Source of the DNA: Lenisia limosa
Lineage: Eukaryota > Protista > Breviatea
DNA: 55,975 bases
Assembly: GCA_001655205.1 (NCBI GenBank)
Contig: LPNZ01008761.1
Span: forward strand, 1-55,975
Direction: 5' to 3'
How positions within the stretch are numbered: the first letter of the stretch is position 1; each line of letters opens with the position of its first letter. This document shows, piece after piece, positions 55,530 through 55,975 of this stretch. Below the pieces are notes generated by a model. That model saw only the letters and a list, made by a program, of their open reading frames with translations, did no database searches and was not told the DNA's origin. A program made the translations under genes and the position numbers.

Positions 55530-55975
55530 TTCAGCTGCTGGTCATATTTCTCGCAACAGGGGTACTGCAGCCACTATGTAACCAGTTTGTCCATTTCACT
55601 GGAGCTGGAAGTATGCAAGATGCTGTGATTTACTTGCTGGGACTATTTGTTGTGGGTTCATGAAAGGAGACCTGAAATTGACTACTTTTTACCATTAAAT
55701 TGATATCTGGTGTTGAGTGTTTCAGTATCAAAAAGAAATCAATCTTTCTCACCTTTAAATATCAATTTCAAAACATGCGAATTATCAATTGCACATATTC
55801 CGACCACTGATCGGTGACAAGGCTGCCGCATATTCACAAGTGCAGGTAAGGCAGCACTCCTCTATCTTTTCCCCAAATACTTTGGCATGTCTCTGCTCTT
55901 CTTTGCTCCAATCAAAGCACCTCATGGCGAAACTCTTGGCTTGGTTTGAGGAGAGGATGTAAGATACATTTATTA
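55530..55975 (+). CDS. Possible 3'-truncated membrane-protein gene
   Basis: Putative exons LLVIFLATGVLQPLCNQFVHF.., IFRPLIGDKAAAYSQVQ|gtaag, HLMAKLLAWFEERM|gtaag; the opposite strand cannot be excluded. Confidence 0.3.

Overview
Eukaryotic nuclear DNA: intron-rich, standard genetic code, AT-rich spacers, about 14 N-gaps that mostly start at homopolymer runs. Probably a protist; the lineage cannot be fixed from this window. Genes are broken into many short GT-AG exons, so most ORF-track entries are exon fragments or antisense shadows, and I spliced the genes by hand. Recognisable genes: a CCCH/qRRM/SAM RNA-binding protein (5' partial), PXMP4, proteasome alpha-3 (PSMA4), a Myb + U-box-like protein, a bacterial-type AcuI/YhdH acryloyl-CoA reductase with about 12 introns, a LIM-domain-binding (LDB/SEUSS/Mfg1) protein, an EEVD-less Ssb-like Hsp70, METTL5, FolD with a presequence-like N-terminus, and an animal-type DPYD head-to-head with FolD. 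There are also several unidentified multi-exon genes, two tRNA genes (an atypical Leu-CAA and an intron-containing Glu-TTC) in a degenerate repeat field, a hAT-like MITE in the Hsp70 promoter, a dispersed ~20-40 bp repeat, and many introns expanded by tandem duplication. No CRISPR array, rRNA or intact transposase was found. Ends of the unidentified genes are approximate, and all family assignments come from motif recognition, not database searches.
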